Shown: positions 13,752 through 23,823 of the stretch, one piece after another
Layout of the letters: each line of letters starts with the position of its first letter
How positions within the stretch are numbered: position 1 is the first letter of the stretch
From: Alphaproteobacteria bacterium
Lineage (GTDB): Bacteria; Pseudomonadota; Alphaproteobacteria; Rs-D84
Length of the DNA: 64,000 nt
NCBI GenBank assembly: GCA_017505705.1
Contig: JAFVOS010000008.1
Location: 880 to 64,879, forward strand
Reading direction: 5' to 3'
Made by a program: the position numbers and the translations under genes
Notes under the pieces: generated by a model
What the model saw: only the letters and a program-made list of their open reading frames with translations
What the model was told of the DNA's origin: nothing
Databases searched by the model: none

Positions 13752-14231
13752 ATGCATACACAGCTGGCAACAATTTTTGAGATGAGAAACGCATTATTAA
13801 AACGCTGTAACTTAAAGTTTTACAGACAGCATGAACAGGTTATAAAAAATTCGTCTTTGGCTGCCCAGGATTTTTATTTTTCCGGCGATTTAGATGATTA
13901 TGATATGTGCAGCCTATATGACTTGGCGCATGATTCATTGTATGCCAGTTTACACGCTGCATACAATGTTCCATACCAATCATCTGATACCCGCTGTGTA
14001 AATTCTGGTCTGGTTCTAGATTTGGCACGTGCATTGCGTGATGATATAAACAGTGGTATTTTGGGAAAAACAGGCGAAGTAATGATGCCAGAACGCTTAA
14101 AAGAATCCCAGGTTCTGCACACCTATCATAATTCCGAAGATTCTGGTATTCCGGTAAATTTTTTAAAGCACATGACACCGAACGCAGTTAAGGTGTTTTT
14201 ATGGCAATACGGACAAGGCAAAAAACGCTAA
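13752..14231 (+). CDS. Hypothetical protein, one of a tandem paralogue pair (copy 2).
   Basis: 159-aa ORF paralogous to 13284..13739. A terminator follows. Confidence 0.45.
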   Translation: MHTQLATIFEMRNALLKRCNLKFYRQHEQVIKNSSLAAQDFYFSGDLDDYDMCSLYDLAHDSLYASLHAAYNVPYQSSDTRCVNSGLVLDLARALRDDINSGILGKTGEVMMPERLKESQVLHTYHNSEDSGIPVNFLKHMTPNAVKVFLWQYGQGKKR

Positions 14232-14233
14232 TA

Positions 14234-14262
14234 CAACCCGCCAAATGGCGGGATTTATTTTG
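14234..14262 (+). terminator. Rho-independent terminator.
   Basis: Hairpin cccgccaaatggcggg followed by a T-run. Confidence 0.65.
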
Positions 14263-14269
14263 TTGAAAA

Positions 14270-14427
14270 AACTTGCAATTTGTCAAAAAAGCCTGTATAA
14301 TCACGACGATTTTGTGGGTGGGCACAAAATCAATCCGATTAACCCCACAAGACCCCCAGAGAGATTTTAGGTGGCCTGCCACCCGAAGCCTCGACGAAGG
14401 GTGGCAAACTTTTGATGAAATTTTCTT
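14270..14427 (+). promoter_or_regulatory. rpsA promoter (TTGCAA, 17 nt spacer, TATAAT) plus a structured ~120 nt leader.
   Basis: A consensus-like -35/-10 pair at about 14270-14301. The leader contains several GC hairpins (ttttgtgggtgggcacaaaa; ggtggcctgccacc) and lacks a strong SD, as is typical of autoregulated S1 mRNA. Confidence 0.45.
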
Positions 14428-16116
14428 ATGAAAGATTTATCCAAAGACTTATTTAATCCACTGTCCGGCGAAGATTTTGTCCAGATGTTCGATGCGAACT
14501 ATGGCGCACAAGAAACTTTGCAGGGTTATGCAACCAAGGGTACTGTTAAAGACATTCGTGGTGATTTTGCCATGGTTGATGTTGGCCTGAAATCCGAAGG
14601 TCGTGTACCATTAAAAGAATTCGGTGCATCTGTACCATCTGTTGGTGATATCATTGACGTTTTTGTTGAACGCTATGAATCACGTGAAGGTACCGCTGTT
14701 CTGTCTTATTCCAAGGCACGTGCATAAAAAGCATGGAAAGAATTGGAAAAGACTGTTGCCGAAGGCATCGACCCAGAAGGTACAATTATCGACGTTGTTC
14801 GTGGTGGATTCACTGTGGACATCAATGGCGTATTTGCATTTATGCCATCATCCCAGGTTGATCACAAACCAATTCGTGATGCAAAATCACTGATTGGATT
14901 GAAAGACAAATTCCGTGTATTAAAGATGGATGCATTGCGTACAAACGCAATCGTATCACGTCGTGCAATTCAATCTGATACAATCGCAGCAGCACAGAAA
15001 GAAGCAATGAAAAACATTTCATTGGGTGCTGTCGTTGAAGGTACTGTCAAGAACATCACAGATTACGGTGTGTTCGTTGATTTGGGCGGTATTGATGGAT
15101 TGCTGCACGTCACAGACCTGTCGTGGAAGCGTGTAAATCACCCACGTGAATTGGTTCATGTTGGCGAAAAGATTACTGTCAAAGTTATCCAATTCGACCC
15201 AGAATCACATCGTATTTCATTGGGCATGAAACAACTGGAAGAAGATCCATGGGAAACAGCGTCACGTGCATTCAACGTTGGCGATACCGTTTCTGGCAAG
15301 GTGTCATCTTTGACAGATTATGGTGCATTCATTGATCTGGGCAACAATATCGAAGGCCTGGTTCACATGTCTGAATTGTCATGGACAAACAAAAATATCC
15401 ACCCAAGCAAAGTTTTGCAAAACGGCCAGGATATTGACGTTGTTGTTTTGGGTATCGATCAAGACAAACGCCGCATTTCATTGGGTTACAAACAATTGCA
15501 ACCAAATCCATGGAAGCAGTTTGCTGAAAACCACAATGTTGGCGATGTTGTGACTGGTCCAATCAAGAACACAACAGAATTCGGTTTGTTCGTTGCATTG
15601 ACACCTGAATTGGACGGTATGGTTCACATTTCCGACCTGTCTTGGAACAAATTGGACGAAGAAGAATTAAAGAAATTCGTTCGTGGCCAAGAAGTGACAG
15701 CAAAGATTTTGGACATCAATCCAGAAAAAGAACGCGTCACATTGGGTATCAAACAGTTGACAGAAAGCGCAGAAAACAACGCTGTATCTTTAAAGAAAGG
15801 CGCAGTTGTATGCGGTACTGTTTCCGAAATCACACCTGATGAATTGGTTTTGACATTGGCTGGCGATGTACGTGGTGTTATCCGTCGTACAGACCTGTCA
15901 CGTGAAAAATCAGAACAAGACACATCTAAATTTAACGTTGGCGATTCCGTCGAAGCATCTGTTGTTTCGATTGAAGACAACACCGTTAAATTGTCTGTTC
16001 GTGCATTGCAGGTGACATTGGAAAAGCAGGCGGTCAAAGAATTCTCAAACGAAGCCGATTCTGGTTCCGTTTTGGGCGATATCTTGGGCGCTGCAATCGA
16101 AAACAGCAAAAAATAA
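14428..16116 (+). CDS. rpsA: 30S ribosomal protein S1, interrupted by an in-frame TAA at 14725-14727. The two ORFs (14428..14727 and 14743..16116) are in the same frame.
   Basis: The translation aligns collinearly with S1 (domains 1-6, repeated S1 motifs) across the stop: ...LSYSKARA*KAWKELEK... matches ...SREKAKR(H/E)EAWxxLEK... Confidence 0.85.
14725..14727 (+). other. In-frame TAA stop codon inside rpsA.
   Basis: Seen directly in the sequence: gca cgt gca TAA aaa gca tgg. The flanking ORFs share frame 1. Confidence 0.9.
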
Positions 16117-16135
16117 TTTGTGAATTTGCAAATCA

Positions 16136-16170
16136 TTTCACCGTCCGCTTTGCGGGCGGTGTTTTTTTGT
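16136..16170 (+). terminator. Rho-independent terminator after rpsA.
   Basis: Hairpin caccgtccgctttgcgggcggtg followed by T7. Confidence 0.7.
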
Positions 16171-16185
16171 GGTATAATTATGGGT

Positions 16186-16755
16186 ATGAAGAATAAAAAT
16201 AAAATGATTGTTATGATGGGTGGGCCCGGTACGGGCAAGGGGACTTTTTCCCGTCTGCTGCGCCAAATCCATCCCGAATATACACATATTGAAACGGGGG
16301 CAATGCTGCGTGCACAACCAGATGGCTCGCCCATTCGCATTGCGATTGCAGGCGGTAATTTAATCCCCGATGAAATGGTTTGTGATTTGGTTGCCGAAAC
16401 ATTGTCATGTGCCCCAGGTGACCTAATCCTGGACGGTTTTCCACGCACATTGGTTCAGGCAAAATGGCTGGTACGCAATTATGCGAATAAATACGATATT
16501 CATGTTGTTTTCCTGAATGTATCCGACGAAATAATGGAACGTCGCATATCAAAACGTAAAAATGAAGGCTCAACACGGCGTGATGATGCAGACGCAAAAA
16601 CGGTGCATCATCGCATCGAAACGTTTCACACAACGACAATGCCGGCGATAAAATGGTTGGCCGGGGTCGGGGATATAACATTTTCTGACGTTGATTCCAG
16701 CGAACAAGAATCTGTGAATTTTGCCAGAATTTTATCTGCCCTGGGGTGGAATTAA
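16186..16755 (+). CDS. adk: Adenylate kinase (short form).
   Basis: P-loop GGPGTGKGT, the NMP-binding ETGAMLRA and the DGFPRT motif. A TATAAT lies just upstream. The start was chosen downstream of the rpsA terminator. Confidence 0.75.
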   Translation: MKNKNKMIVMMGGPGTGKGTFSRLLRQIHPEYTHIETGAMLRAQPDGSPIRIAIAGGNLIPDEMVCDLVAETLSCAPGDLILDGFPRTLVQAKWLVRNYANKYDIHVVFLNVSDEIMERRISKRKNEGSTRRDDADAKTVHHRIETFHTTTMPAIKWLAGVGDITFSDVDSSEQESVNFARILSALGWN

Positions 16756-16787
16756 AAAAAATCCCACATTTGTGGGGTTTTTAAAAT
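16756..16787. terminator. Bidirectional rho-independent terminator.
   Basis: Hairpin aaaatcccacatttgtggggtttt lying between convergent adk and tatD. Confidence 0.65.
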
Positions 16788-17539
16788 TGAATTTTTGGAT
16801 ACAGGCGTTTTGTGTTTTCTTCCAATATACGTTCCAGTTCTGGCAATTCTACACCCTTGATATCCGCCAAGACACGTGCAGTTTCAATAACCATTGCGGG
16901 TTCACATGTCTTGCCACGATATGGTACCGGGGCACAATATGGACTGTCGGTTTCAATTACAATTCGGTCAATTGGGATTTTTGAAAAAGTCTCGCGAATA
17001 TCGCCCGAATTTTTAAATGTCAGTATTCCGCTGGTTGAAAACATAAACCCACGATCCAGCATTTTCTTTGCTAAATCCCAAGAACTGGTATAGCAATGCA
17101 TAACCCCACATACGTCTCCGTTTAAAATCTGGGCGGTGTCGTTTTCTGCTTCTCGGGTATGGATTGCAACAGGCAGATTATACTTTTTTGCAATTGCCAG
17201 TTGTTTTTCAAACAGTTCAATTTGTTGCATACGTGTGTCGGCATTATAGTGGTAATCCAAACCGATTTCTCCGATTCCGACGACACGTGGATTTTGCAGT
17301 ACATCATCGGTTAAAAAATCAGCCGGATTCGCATCTGTATATTCAGGATGAATACCAATTGTGCAGAATATATTGCTGTATTCTTCTGCGATTTTCAAGG
17401 CGCCTGGAATATCTGCCGGGTCTGCGGTTGGGCAAATCATAACACCAACCCCAGATGCCATAGCGTTTTCAATTGCGTGCTTGGCGTCACCGTCACCACA
17501 ATGACGATCTGTTAAATGACAGTGTGTATCTATAAACAT
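16781..17539 (-). CDS. tatD: TatD family metal-dependent hydrolase or DNase.
   Basis: The MFIDTHCHL start and conserved His/Asp/Glu positions of the TatD fold. Confidence 0.85.
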   Translation of the reverse strand: MFIDTHCHLTDRHCGDGDAKHAIENAMASGVGVMICPTADPADIPGALKIAEEYSNIFCTIGIHPEYTDANPADFLTDDVLQNPRVVGIGEIGLDYHYNADTRMQQIELFEKQLAIAKKYNLPVAIHTREAENDTAQILNGDVCGVMHCYTSSWDLAKKMLDRGFMFSTSGILTFKNSGDIRETFSKIPIDRIVIETDSPYCAPVPYRGKTCEPAMVIETARVLADIKGVELPELERILEENTKRLYPKIQF

Positions 17540-18435
17540 TTTTTTACTTCATTTATTATTTTAAATATTGCTATTTCTGGTTCCAGGTACAATCTGTTTA
17601 TATCTGCAATTGCATGTGTTGCAGCCGGATACATGTCTGCCAAACCAAAATGCGCAATTGCATCCAGCAGAATAGGATGCAATTCTGGGGCAGCCGCAAT
17701 TTTCTTTGCAATTACCATCATGTCGCCCGCATTACTGCGTGGATTGGTTAGTGTTTGAATTAATTCGTCGTAAACTTCATCCCCACCAGATGTTTTCAAA
17801 TTTGCAATTTTTCCAAAGCTGCCATTTGCCAGTTTTAATGTTTCTGTACTTACATCTTCTTCTGGCAAAAATTTTACACACAACTCACGCAACTGTGAAA
17901 TTGTCAGTGGGCGCATTTTTTCCACACGTGCACGTGAACGTACGGTTGGCAAAACACTTGACAATTGATGCACAACCAACAGAAACAGCGTCTGTGCTGG
18001 CGGTTCTTCCAGCAATTTCAGGATTGCATTTGATGCCGCTGTATTTAATTCGTCGACCGAGTCGATTAAAATCACACGCCACCCACCCGACATAGACGAC
18101 ATCTGCATTTTATCAATCATGGCCCGAACGGTATACACAGAAATAACCTTGCCATCGGGTTTCAAGTTGCCATTTTTATCCAGGTTGCGTGCCAAATCTA
18201 CAATAAAGAAATCGCCAACATTGCCATATACTGTGCGGGCAATTTTGTATGCCAGTGTCGATTTTCCAATGCCACGTGGCCCTGTCAGCATCCATACCGG
18301 ATGAATAGGATGGCTGTCACGATTATTCCATGCGTCCATAAATGTGCGCCACGTGTCAGCGTGCCCAACCAGAACATCGTTATCCATCGGATGCGGAAAT
18401 TTATATTCACAAGCCTTTTTCTTTCGTGGTGCCAT
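17530..18435 (-). CDS. holB: DNA polymerase III delta-prime subunit.
   Basis: The AAA+ clamp-loader signature LTGPRGIGKSTLAYKIARTV and an SRxRV-like sensor motif. It overlaps tatD by 10 nt. Confidence 0.8.
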   Translation of the reverse strand: MAPRKKKACEYKFPHPMDNDVLVGHADTWRTFMDAWNNRDSHPIHPVWMLTGPRGIGKSTLAYKIARTVYGNVGDFFIVDLARNLDKNGNLKPDGKVISVYTVRAMIDKMQMSSMSGGWRVILIDSVDELNTAASNAILKLLEEPPAQTLFLLVVHQLSSVLPTVRSRARVEKMRPLTISQLRELCVKFLPEEDVSTETLKLANGSFGKIANLKTSGGDEVYDELIQTLTNPRSNAGDMMVIAKKIAAAPELHPILLDAIAHFGLADMYPAATHAIADINRLYLEPEIAIFKIINEVKKCL

Positions 18436-18440
18436 TGTTT

Positions 18441-19619
18441 TTATATCCCAAATATTACCCTGATATTTTTTATAATACGTCTAATAAACTGAATCTTTTT
18501 TACCCGTTCATTTGCCACCAATGGTGCACGTGCAATAATTTTACCATCCTGTTCAGCAATCAGTTCGCCAATATTGTCACCCACTGCGACTGGTGCGGCC
18601 ACTGGTTCATTAAATCTGGCCAGTACACGCACGCCCTTTAATCCTTTCTCTTTGCCCAGTGTGACCGCAAACGGTTGTGTCACAGTTGCGTCAACATAAT
18701 CTGTCTTTCCATACCATACAGGCACCTTGGTCACGATGTCACCGGGGCGGAAAAACACCTTGCCCACAGTCGTACTGAAACCATGATTCATCAGTTTTTT
18801 CATTTCGCCTGCCAGTGCATCATGTCCCTTGCCGTTAAAACCATTGATAACACCAACTAAACGTCGTCCACCAATCTTGGCACTGGCAACCATGCCATAT
18901 CCGCCACCATTGGTGTGACCTGTTTTTAGTCCATCCGCCCCCGGCATGATAAACAGCAGTTTGTTATAGTTTACCGTATGTGTTCGACCCCATTCACGAC
19001 ACCAATCTGTTTTGTGTTCTTTAAATTCAAAACGTTTTGTTGCAAACATCGGGTACAGTTCGGGGTAATCTCCAATCAAATGTACGGCCAGTGTGGCCAA
19101 TTCTCGGCTGGTCATTAAATTATTAGGATTTGGCAATCCGCTGGCATTCCCGAACGTAGATTGGTTCATGCCAATGCTGCGGGCTTTCTTTTCCATTAAT
19201 TGTGTGAATGCAGCCTCGTTTCCTGCCAGTTTTTCTGCCACTACCACAGATGCGTCGCCCCCCGATAATACAATAAGGCCCAATATCAAATCACGAACAC
19301 TTATTGTCTGTCCCGCAACCAGACAAATTTTACTGGCTGGGTACCATTCTGGGCGATTATAGTCAGCATTTTCCCCAACTGGGAAACGTGTATCCATTGT
19401 GATATTGCCAGCCTTTAATTCGTCGAACAGCACCGCCAATGTCATCAGTTTTATCATTGATGACGGTGGCATCAGTGTGTCAGCATTTTTTGCGACAATT
19501 TCTGCCCCAGAATCATAATCAATTAAAAAAGCAGACTTTGCCTTGGTCTTAAATTCATCTGCGGCATTCGCCACACCACACGCCAACAACAAAAATAGTG
19601 TAAATAATTTCTTTTTCAT
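18441..19619 (-). CDS. D-alanyl-D-alanine carboxypeptidase (PBP5/6 family, peptidase S11).
   Basis: Signal peptide MKKKLFTLFLLLACGVANA, plus the SxxK (SMIKLMT), SGGD and KTG motifs. The start is trimmed to the signal-peptide ATG. Confidence 0.8.
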   Translation of the reverse strand: MKKKLFTLFLLLACGVANAADEFKTKAKSAFLIDYDSGAEIVAKNADTLMPPSSMIKLMTLAVLFDELKAGNITMDTRFPVGENADYNRPEWYPASKICLVAGQTISVRDLILGLIVLSGGDASVVVAEKLAGNEAAFTQLMEKKARSIGMNQSTFGNASGLPNPNNLMTSRELATLAVHLIGDYPELYPMFATKRFEFKEHKTDWCREWGRTHTVNYNKLLFIMPGADGLKTGHTNGGGYGMVASAKIGGRRLVGVINGFNGKGHDALAGEMKKLMNHGFSTTVGKVFFRPGDIVTKVPVWYGKTDYVDATVTQPFAVTLGKEKGLKGVRVLARFNEPVAAPVAVGDNIGELIAEQDGKIIARAPLVANERVKKIQFIRRIIKNIRVIFGI

Positions 19620-19663
19620 GGTTCTGATAATAGCAATATCAAACGCCATTTCAAATAGAATTT

Positions 19664-20890
19664 TTATTCTATTTTTCCAACGAATGTATCGCCCACAATA
19701 TCGGTCAAAACAACGTTGCAAATTGTGCGTGACGGAACAGATGTATTATCAATTTTTACAGAAATATCGTGTGGACAACGTGCTATATTGTTTTCTTCAA
19801 CCAATACTTGAACAGATTGCCGCAATTGTGAATGCATAAATTTGGCACGATTTTCATTCGCTGCATCATTTATTATTTTGACACGTTGCTTGGAAATTGC
19901 ACGATTAATCTGGTTTGGCATGCTTGCGGCAACTGTATCAGGGCGGGGTGAGTATGGGAACGCATGAATCTTGATTGGTCTTAATTCATGAACCAGCGCC
20001 AATGTCTCGTTAAACAGTTCTTCTGTTTCCCCTGGGAACCCACAGATTATATCCCAGCTAAACGTGATAATGTCGCCTGCCATTTGCGCCCATTTGCGCA
20101 CCATGTCTGCGGTATGTCGGCGTCGCATGGATTTCAGTATCGTGTCAGAGCCCGATTGCATTGAAAAATGCATGTGTGGCATCATACGTGTATCAGATTT
20201 AATCAGGTCTATGATTTTTCCAACCTCTGGCACCGCCGGATCCATCGATGACAGGCGCAACCGCCGTATCCCCGGCACATCTGCTAATAATTTTTTACAT
20301 AAATCAGAAATTAAAAAGGGCCGCCCGTCGTACACACGTGCATATGATGCAATATCCACCCCGGTTAACACTATTTCGCCAAACCCAGCATCCACCGCCG
20401 CATGCACGTCGGCTAAGATTTCATCATAATCAAAAGAAACAGCCCGCCCACGCAACAATCGTGTCACACAGTATGTACAGTCATGATTGCATCCATTTTG
20501 GATTTGTACGAATTTTTTAGACAGCTTTTCATCTGAATCCTTGAATTTTTCAATTTTTGGATTTTGTATATGACATGGTGCTTTTGCCAGTGCATCTATA
20601 TATGCGTCGATATTTCGTTTTTGAAAATTATCAATAACCAAAACATTTGGTATATCACAGAACAATTCCTGATTACGGGTTGCCGCACATCCAGTCACAA
20701 ATATTTCTACATTTGGGTTTTCTCGTGCAATGCGTCGAACGGCCTGTCCTGATTGTCGTTCTGCTTCAGCTGTGACGGCGCAAGTATTAACGACAATTGC
20801 CGTATCTATAACGGTTTTCAGCATGTTTTGAATCTTTTCAGATTCCAGTGTGTTCAGTCGACACCCAAAAGATAAAGTCTTAATGCTCAT
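19664..20890 (-). CDS. Radical-SAM methylthiotransferase of the MiaB/RimO/MtaB family, probably MtaB-like.
   Basis: N-terminal MTTase cysteines (FGCRLN...NTCAVT), the radical-SAM motif CNHDCTYC and a C-terminal TRAM-like region. It is 408 aa long. Confidence 0.75.
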   Translation of the reverse strand: MSIKTLSFGCRLNTLESEKIQNMLKTVIDTAIVVNTCAVTAEAERQSGQAVRRIARENPNVEIFVTGCAATRNQELFCDIPNVLVIDNFQKRNIDAYIDALAKAPCHIQNPKIEKFKDSDEKLSKKFVQIQNGCNHDCTYCVTRLLRGRAVSFDYDEILADVHAAVDAGFGEIVLTGVDIASYARVYDGRPFLISDLCKKLLADVPGIRRLRLSSMDPAVPEVGKIIDLIKSDTRMMPHMHFSMQSGSDTILKSMRRRHTADMVRKWAQMAGDIITFSWDIICGFPGETEELFNETLALVHELRPIKIHAFPYSPRPDTVAASMPNQINRAISKQRVKIINDAANENRAKFMHSQLRQSVQVLVEENNIARCPHDISVKIDNTSVPSRTICNVVLTDIVGDTFVGKIE

Positions 20891-20971
20891 TTTTTTATTT
20901 TTCTGCTTGCTTTTTTACTATCTATAAGGCATTATAACCAGGCTAAAAATGATTTCAACAAAGGATTTAAA

Positions 20972-21364
20972 ATGGCCCGTACAACAAATTCAGATACATT
21001 ACCATATGTAGAAAGCCGTTATGAACTGGGGATGTTGGCATCTCAACGTGTTCGTGATTTGAACGGTGGTGCGGAACCGGTTGTGGATAAGGAAAATGAC
21101 AAATTGACGGTTGTTGCGCTGCGTGAAATTGCCAGTGGCAAATTGGATGTTGGGGCTGTTCGTCACGAATTTGTTCAGTCGTATAAGGAAGCACCTGTTG
21201 CAACAGACGGCGAAGAATCTTTGGAAATTGGCACCGAAGACCCATTGTTGCGTGAAATTGATGCGGAATTGGAAAATGCGTTGTCTGATGATGCGCCTGT
21301 TGCGGATGCATCAGATGTTATGGACGAAGTGATGACCGAAGACGTCGTTGCAGACGAAGAATAA
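20972..21364 (+). CDS. rpoZ: RNA polymerase omega subunit with an acidic C-terminal extension.
   Basis: MARTTNSDTLPYVESRYELGMLASQRVRDL matches the RpoZ N-terminal signature. Confidence 0.85.
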   Translation: MARTTNSDTLPYVESRYELGMLASQRVRDLNGGAEPVVDKENDKLTVVALREIASGKLDVGAVRHEFVQSYKEAPVATDGEESLEIGTEDPLLREIDAELENALSDDAPVADASDVMDEVMTEDVVADEE

Positions 21365-21371
21365 CAGACCC

Positions 21372-21462
21372 GGAGTCGTCGCATAGTTGGTCTAGTGCGC
21401 TACATTGGAAATGTAGTATACTCGCAAGGGTATCAAGGGTTCGAATCCCTTCGACTCCGCCA
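21372..21462 (+). tRNA. tRNA-Ser(GGA), type II, with CCA encoded.
   Basis: Manual fold: acceptor GGAGTCG/CGACTCC, a 3-bp D stem, anticodon stem ctaca/tgtag with loop ttGGAaa, a long variable arm, T arm aaggg-ttcgaat-ccctt and discriminator G+CCA. Confidence 0.85.
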
Positions 21463-21474
21463 GAAATAATCAAA
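21454..21474. repeat. Left copy of the 21-nt direct repeat (tRNA-Ser 3' end plus 12 nt). Candidate left attachment-site junction of the island.
   Basis: actccgccagaaataatcaaa is identical at 49794-49814. Confidence 0.7.
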
Positions 21475-21508
21475 ACCCCGACAAAATCTGTCGGGGCTTT
21501 GTTTTTAT
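21474..21508 (+). terminator. Rho-independent terminator after tRNA-Ser.
   Basis: Hairpin ccccgacaaaatctgtcgggg followed by a T-run. Confidence 0.6.
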
Positions 21509-21685
21509 GCGGATTACCGCCACTTTCCCACCACAAGGTTACCAGTATGTACACCGAAGTCCCCAAATACACTAAATTCCACCCCGTTTACATACAACCC
21601 CAAAAATCCCGATGCCAGTATCGTATATGTCTTGAAAATATGCCAATGTTTCTTATATTTGTCACATGAATATAAAGGATTTAAA

Positions 21686-22162
21686 ATGAATGTATTAAAT
21701 TGTGTGTTTGCCGGAATAAGTGCTTTTTCTGCCGCTGCGATTGGGATCGCTGCATTTTTTATTTCTAAGGCTCAGTTAAAAATCGATAAACATAAAAAAG
21801 ACGATTTTTTATATGATAAGCGTTTCCAAGTGTACGATGATATAAAAGATATAATACTAAGTGCAAGCTCCGAATTGTTTGCTTTAAATAATAAAGAAAT
21901 TGATGGAATCGATGCAAAATTTGTGCGTCCTTTATATAATAAAGTTAGTTCGTTAATAAGTGATGCAGATTTGTTGTTTAAAGATGAAAATATACGCAGT
22001 TATATTTGCGAGCTACGTTTAGATGTAGCACGCTTATTCGGTGTCAACAATATACAAATTGTTGATGACGATCAGAAGTGCGAAATTATTAAGAAGTGGG
22101 ATGAACAGATGTCGTCTGGTTATATGATAGACTTGTTCGGTAAGTATTTGAAACTAATATAG
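21686..22162 (+). CDS. Hypothetical membrane protein (island cargo).
   Basis: The ORF has a good RBS (aaaggatttaaaATG), an N-terminal TM helix and a low GC content. Confidence 0.4.
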   Translation: MNVLNCVFAGISAFSAAAIGIAAFFISKAQLKIDKHKKDDFLYDKRFQVYDDIKDIILSASSELFALNNKEIDGIDAKFVRPLYNKVSSLISDADLLFKDENIRSYICELRLDVARLFGVNNIQIVDDDQKCEIIKKWDEQMSSGYMIDLFGKYLKLI

Positions 22163-23746
22163 TTGATTCTCTCTTGCAATCTGGAACAAATCATTAACAC
22201 TTATGTGTGTTTCCCCGGACAGGATTTCATTAACCTTGTCCGGATTCATATATGCGATATCCAGATGCCGGTAAAACTGACGTGGCGATGTGTGTTCTTC
22301 TTGGAATATGCGGTGTATGTCCCCATCCCGTTCATACAATTCTCTATATTTCCACGCGGTGGCAAAGGCCTTTAATATCAGGTGGTTATTTACTGTAATG
22401 CTCAGTGTGCCGTTACTTCCATCGCTAAATCTGGTGTTGGCATATCGGCGCAGCACAATGGATCGTACAATCGTTACCGTATCGTCATTAACACTGTATT
22501 CCATGGGATTTGCATTTTGATTGATATGATATTCAGATAAAAATGCATTGAATAACAGTGGATTGGTATTGATATGAAATACCAGTTTTTCATGTGAATA
22601 AATAGCTCGTTCAATCATAACGCGAACCAATTCCCGCCTTTGCAGGTATGACAGGTCTTCCCACACAATCCGTTTCAATGCCAATACCACATTTTGGGAC
22701 AGGGTACTCATATCACTGTTCAGAAATTCGGCTACAACAGACATGGCTATTTCATCCACCTGTGCCGCCGGCAGATAGAATCCCCGTGTTGCATAGTAAT
22801 ATGGCCCAACCTTATCCTTGGGGCATGCGTGCTGATTGGCAAAACGTACACCTTTGTCGTTATACAGCTTTCGTGACAGCAGGTTGGGTGACCGCCTGCG
22901 ATGACTGGTATTATTAGAATTCGCAACCAGTGCATCCTGTACCCGTTGAAATACTTCCGGCGATACGATCTCCTGATGCTCGCCACGGGCAACATTATTG
23001 CTGACTTTGTTTTCAATCATCCCGATATAGATTTTATCTCGTAAAATCTTGTGCATACTGTTCGGTGTAATGGGCTTGCCACCACGCAGCACCCCTTTGG
23101 CGGTTGTCCATGCTTTGGCACGAATCCCATTGCTTTCGGCCCATTGGGTTAAATCATTCACAGATTGCAGTTCCAAGTATTTTTCAAACAACTGTCGCAC
23201 TTGCTCTGCTTCGGCTGGATTTACAATCAGCTTCTTGTCCACGACATCATATCCCAACCGTGGCATGCCTCCCATCCATATGCCTTTGGCTTTACTGGCG
23301 CGTATTTTATCCCGTACTCGTTCGCTGGAAACTTCGCGTTCAAACTGGGCGAACGACAGCAACATATTCAGCGTCAATTTACCCATAGATGTACTGGTGT
23401 CAAACGATTGGGTTATGGACACAAAGTTCGCGTTATGCTTGTTGAAATATTGCATCATCTTATGAAAGTCCAATATGGAACGTGACAGTCGGTCAACCTT
23501 GTAAACCACCACGGTATTTACCAAACCACGTGCCATATCGTCCAACATTTGTTTCAGGGCAGGCCGTTCCATAGTCCCACCAGAAATCGCAGCATCACTG
23601 TAAGTTTTATAATATTGCCACCCATTGAATGATTGGGACGCAATATACGCTTTACAGGCCTCTTCTTGGTTTTGCAGGGAATTGAACTCCATATCAAGTC
23701 CATGCTCGGTTGACTTGCGTGTATAAATCGCACATTTAATTGTCAT
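22154..23746 (-). CDS. Large serine recombinase (resolvase/invertase family integrase).
   Basis: An N-terminal resolvase catalytic domain (AIYTRKST...GGTMERPALKQML...YKVDRLSRS), a recombinase domain and a long C-terminal region. It is 530 aa long. Confidence 0.85.
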   Translation of the reverse strand: MTIKCAIYTRKSTEHGLDMEFNSLQNQEEACKAYIASQSFNGWQYYKTYSDAAISGGTMERPALKQMLDDMARGLVNTVVVYKVDRLSRSILDFHKMMQYFNKHNANFVSITQSFDTSTSMGKLTLNMLLSFAQFEREVSSERVRDKIRASKAKGIWMGGMPRLGYDVVDKKLIVNPAEAEQVRQLFEKYLELQSVNDLTQWAESNGIRAKAWTTAKGVLRGGKPITPNSMHKILRDKIYIGMIENKVSNNVARGEHQEIVSPEVFQRVQDALVANSNNTSHRRRSPNLLSRKLYNDKGVRFANQHACPKDKVGPYYYATRGFYLPAAQVDEIAMSVVAEFLNSDMSTLSQNVVLALKRIVWEDLSYLQRRELVRVMIERAIYSHEKLVFHINTNPLLFNAFLSEYHINQNANPMEYSVNDDTVTIVRSIVLRRYANTRFSDGSNGTLSITVNNHLILKAFATAWKYRELYERDGDIHRIFQEEHTSPRQFYRHLDIAYMNPDKVNEILSGETHISVNDLFQIARENQLY

Positions 23747-23823
23747 TTTAAATCCTATGGTTTTATAATTGATACTAGTTTTGTGTTCTTATAGAATAGG
23801 TTATATAAATAAAGGAGATATAC

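Noticed and set aside
15624-16448. A 274-aa minus-strand ORF spanning the 3' end of rpsA and the start of adk.
   Set aside because: It is antisense to two confidently assigned genes and crosses the rpsA terminator hairpin. It has no RBS or domain. It is spurious.
17530-19619. Absence of tmk between the DD-carboxypeptidase and holB, where the dacA-tmk-holB arrangement is common in alphaproteobacteria.
   Set aside because: The two genes are separated by only 5 nt, so there is no room for a decayed tmk. This probably just reflects lineage-specific gene order. It is noted but not treated as a finding.
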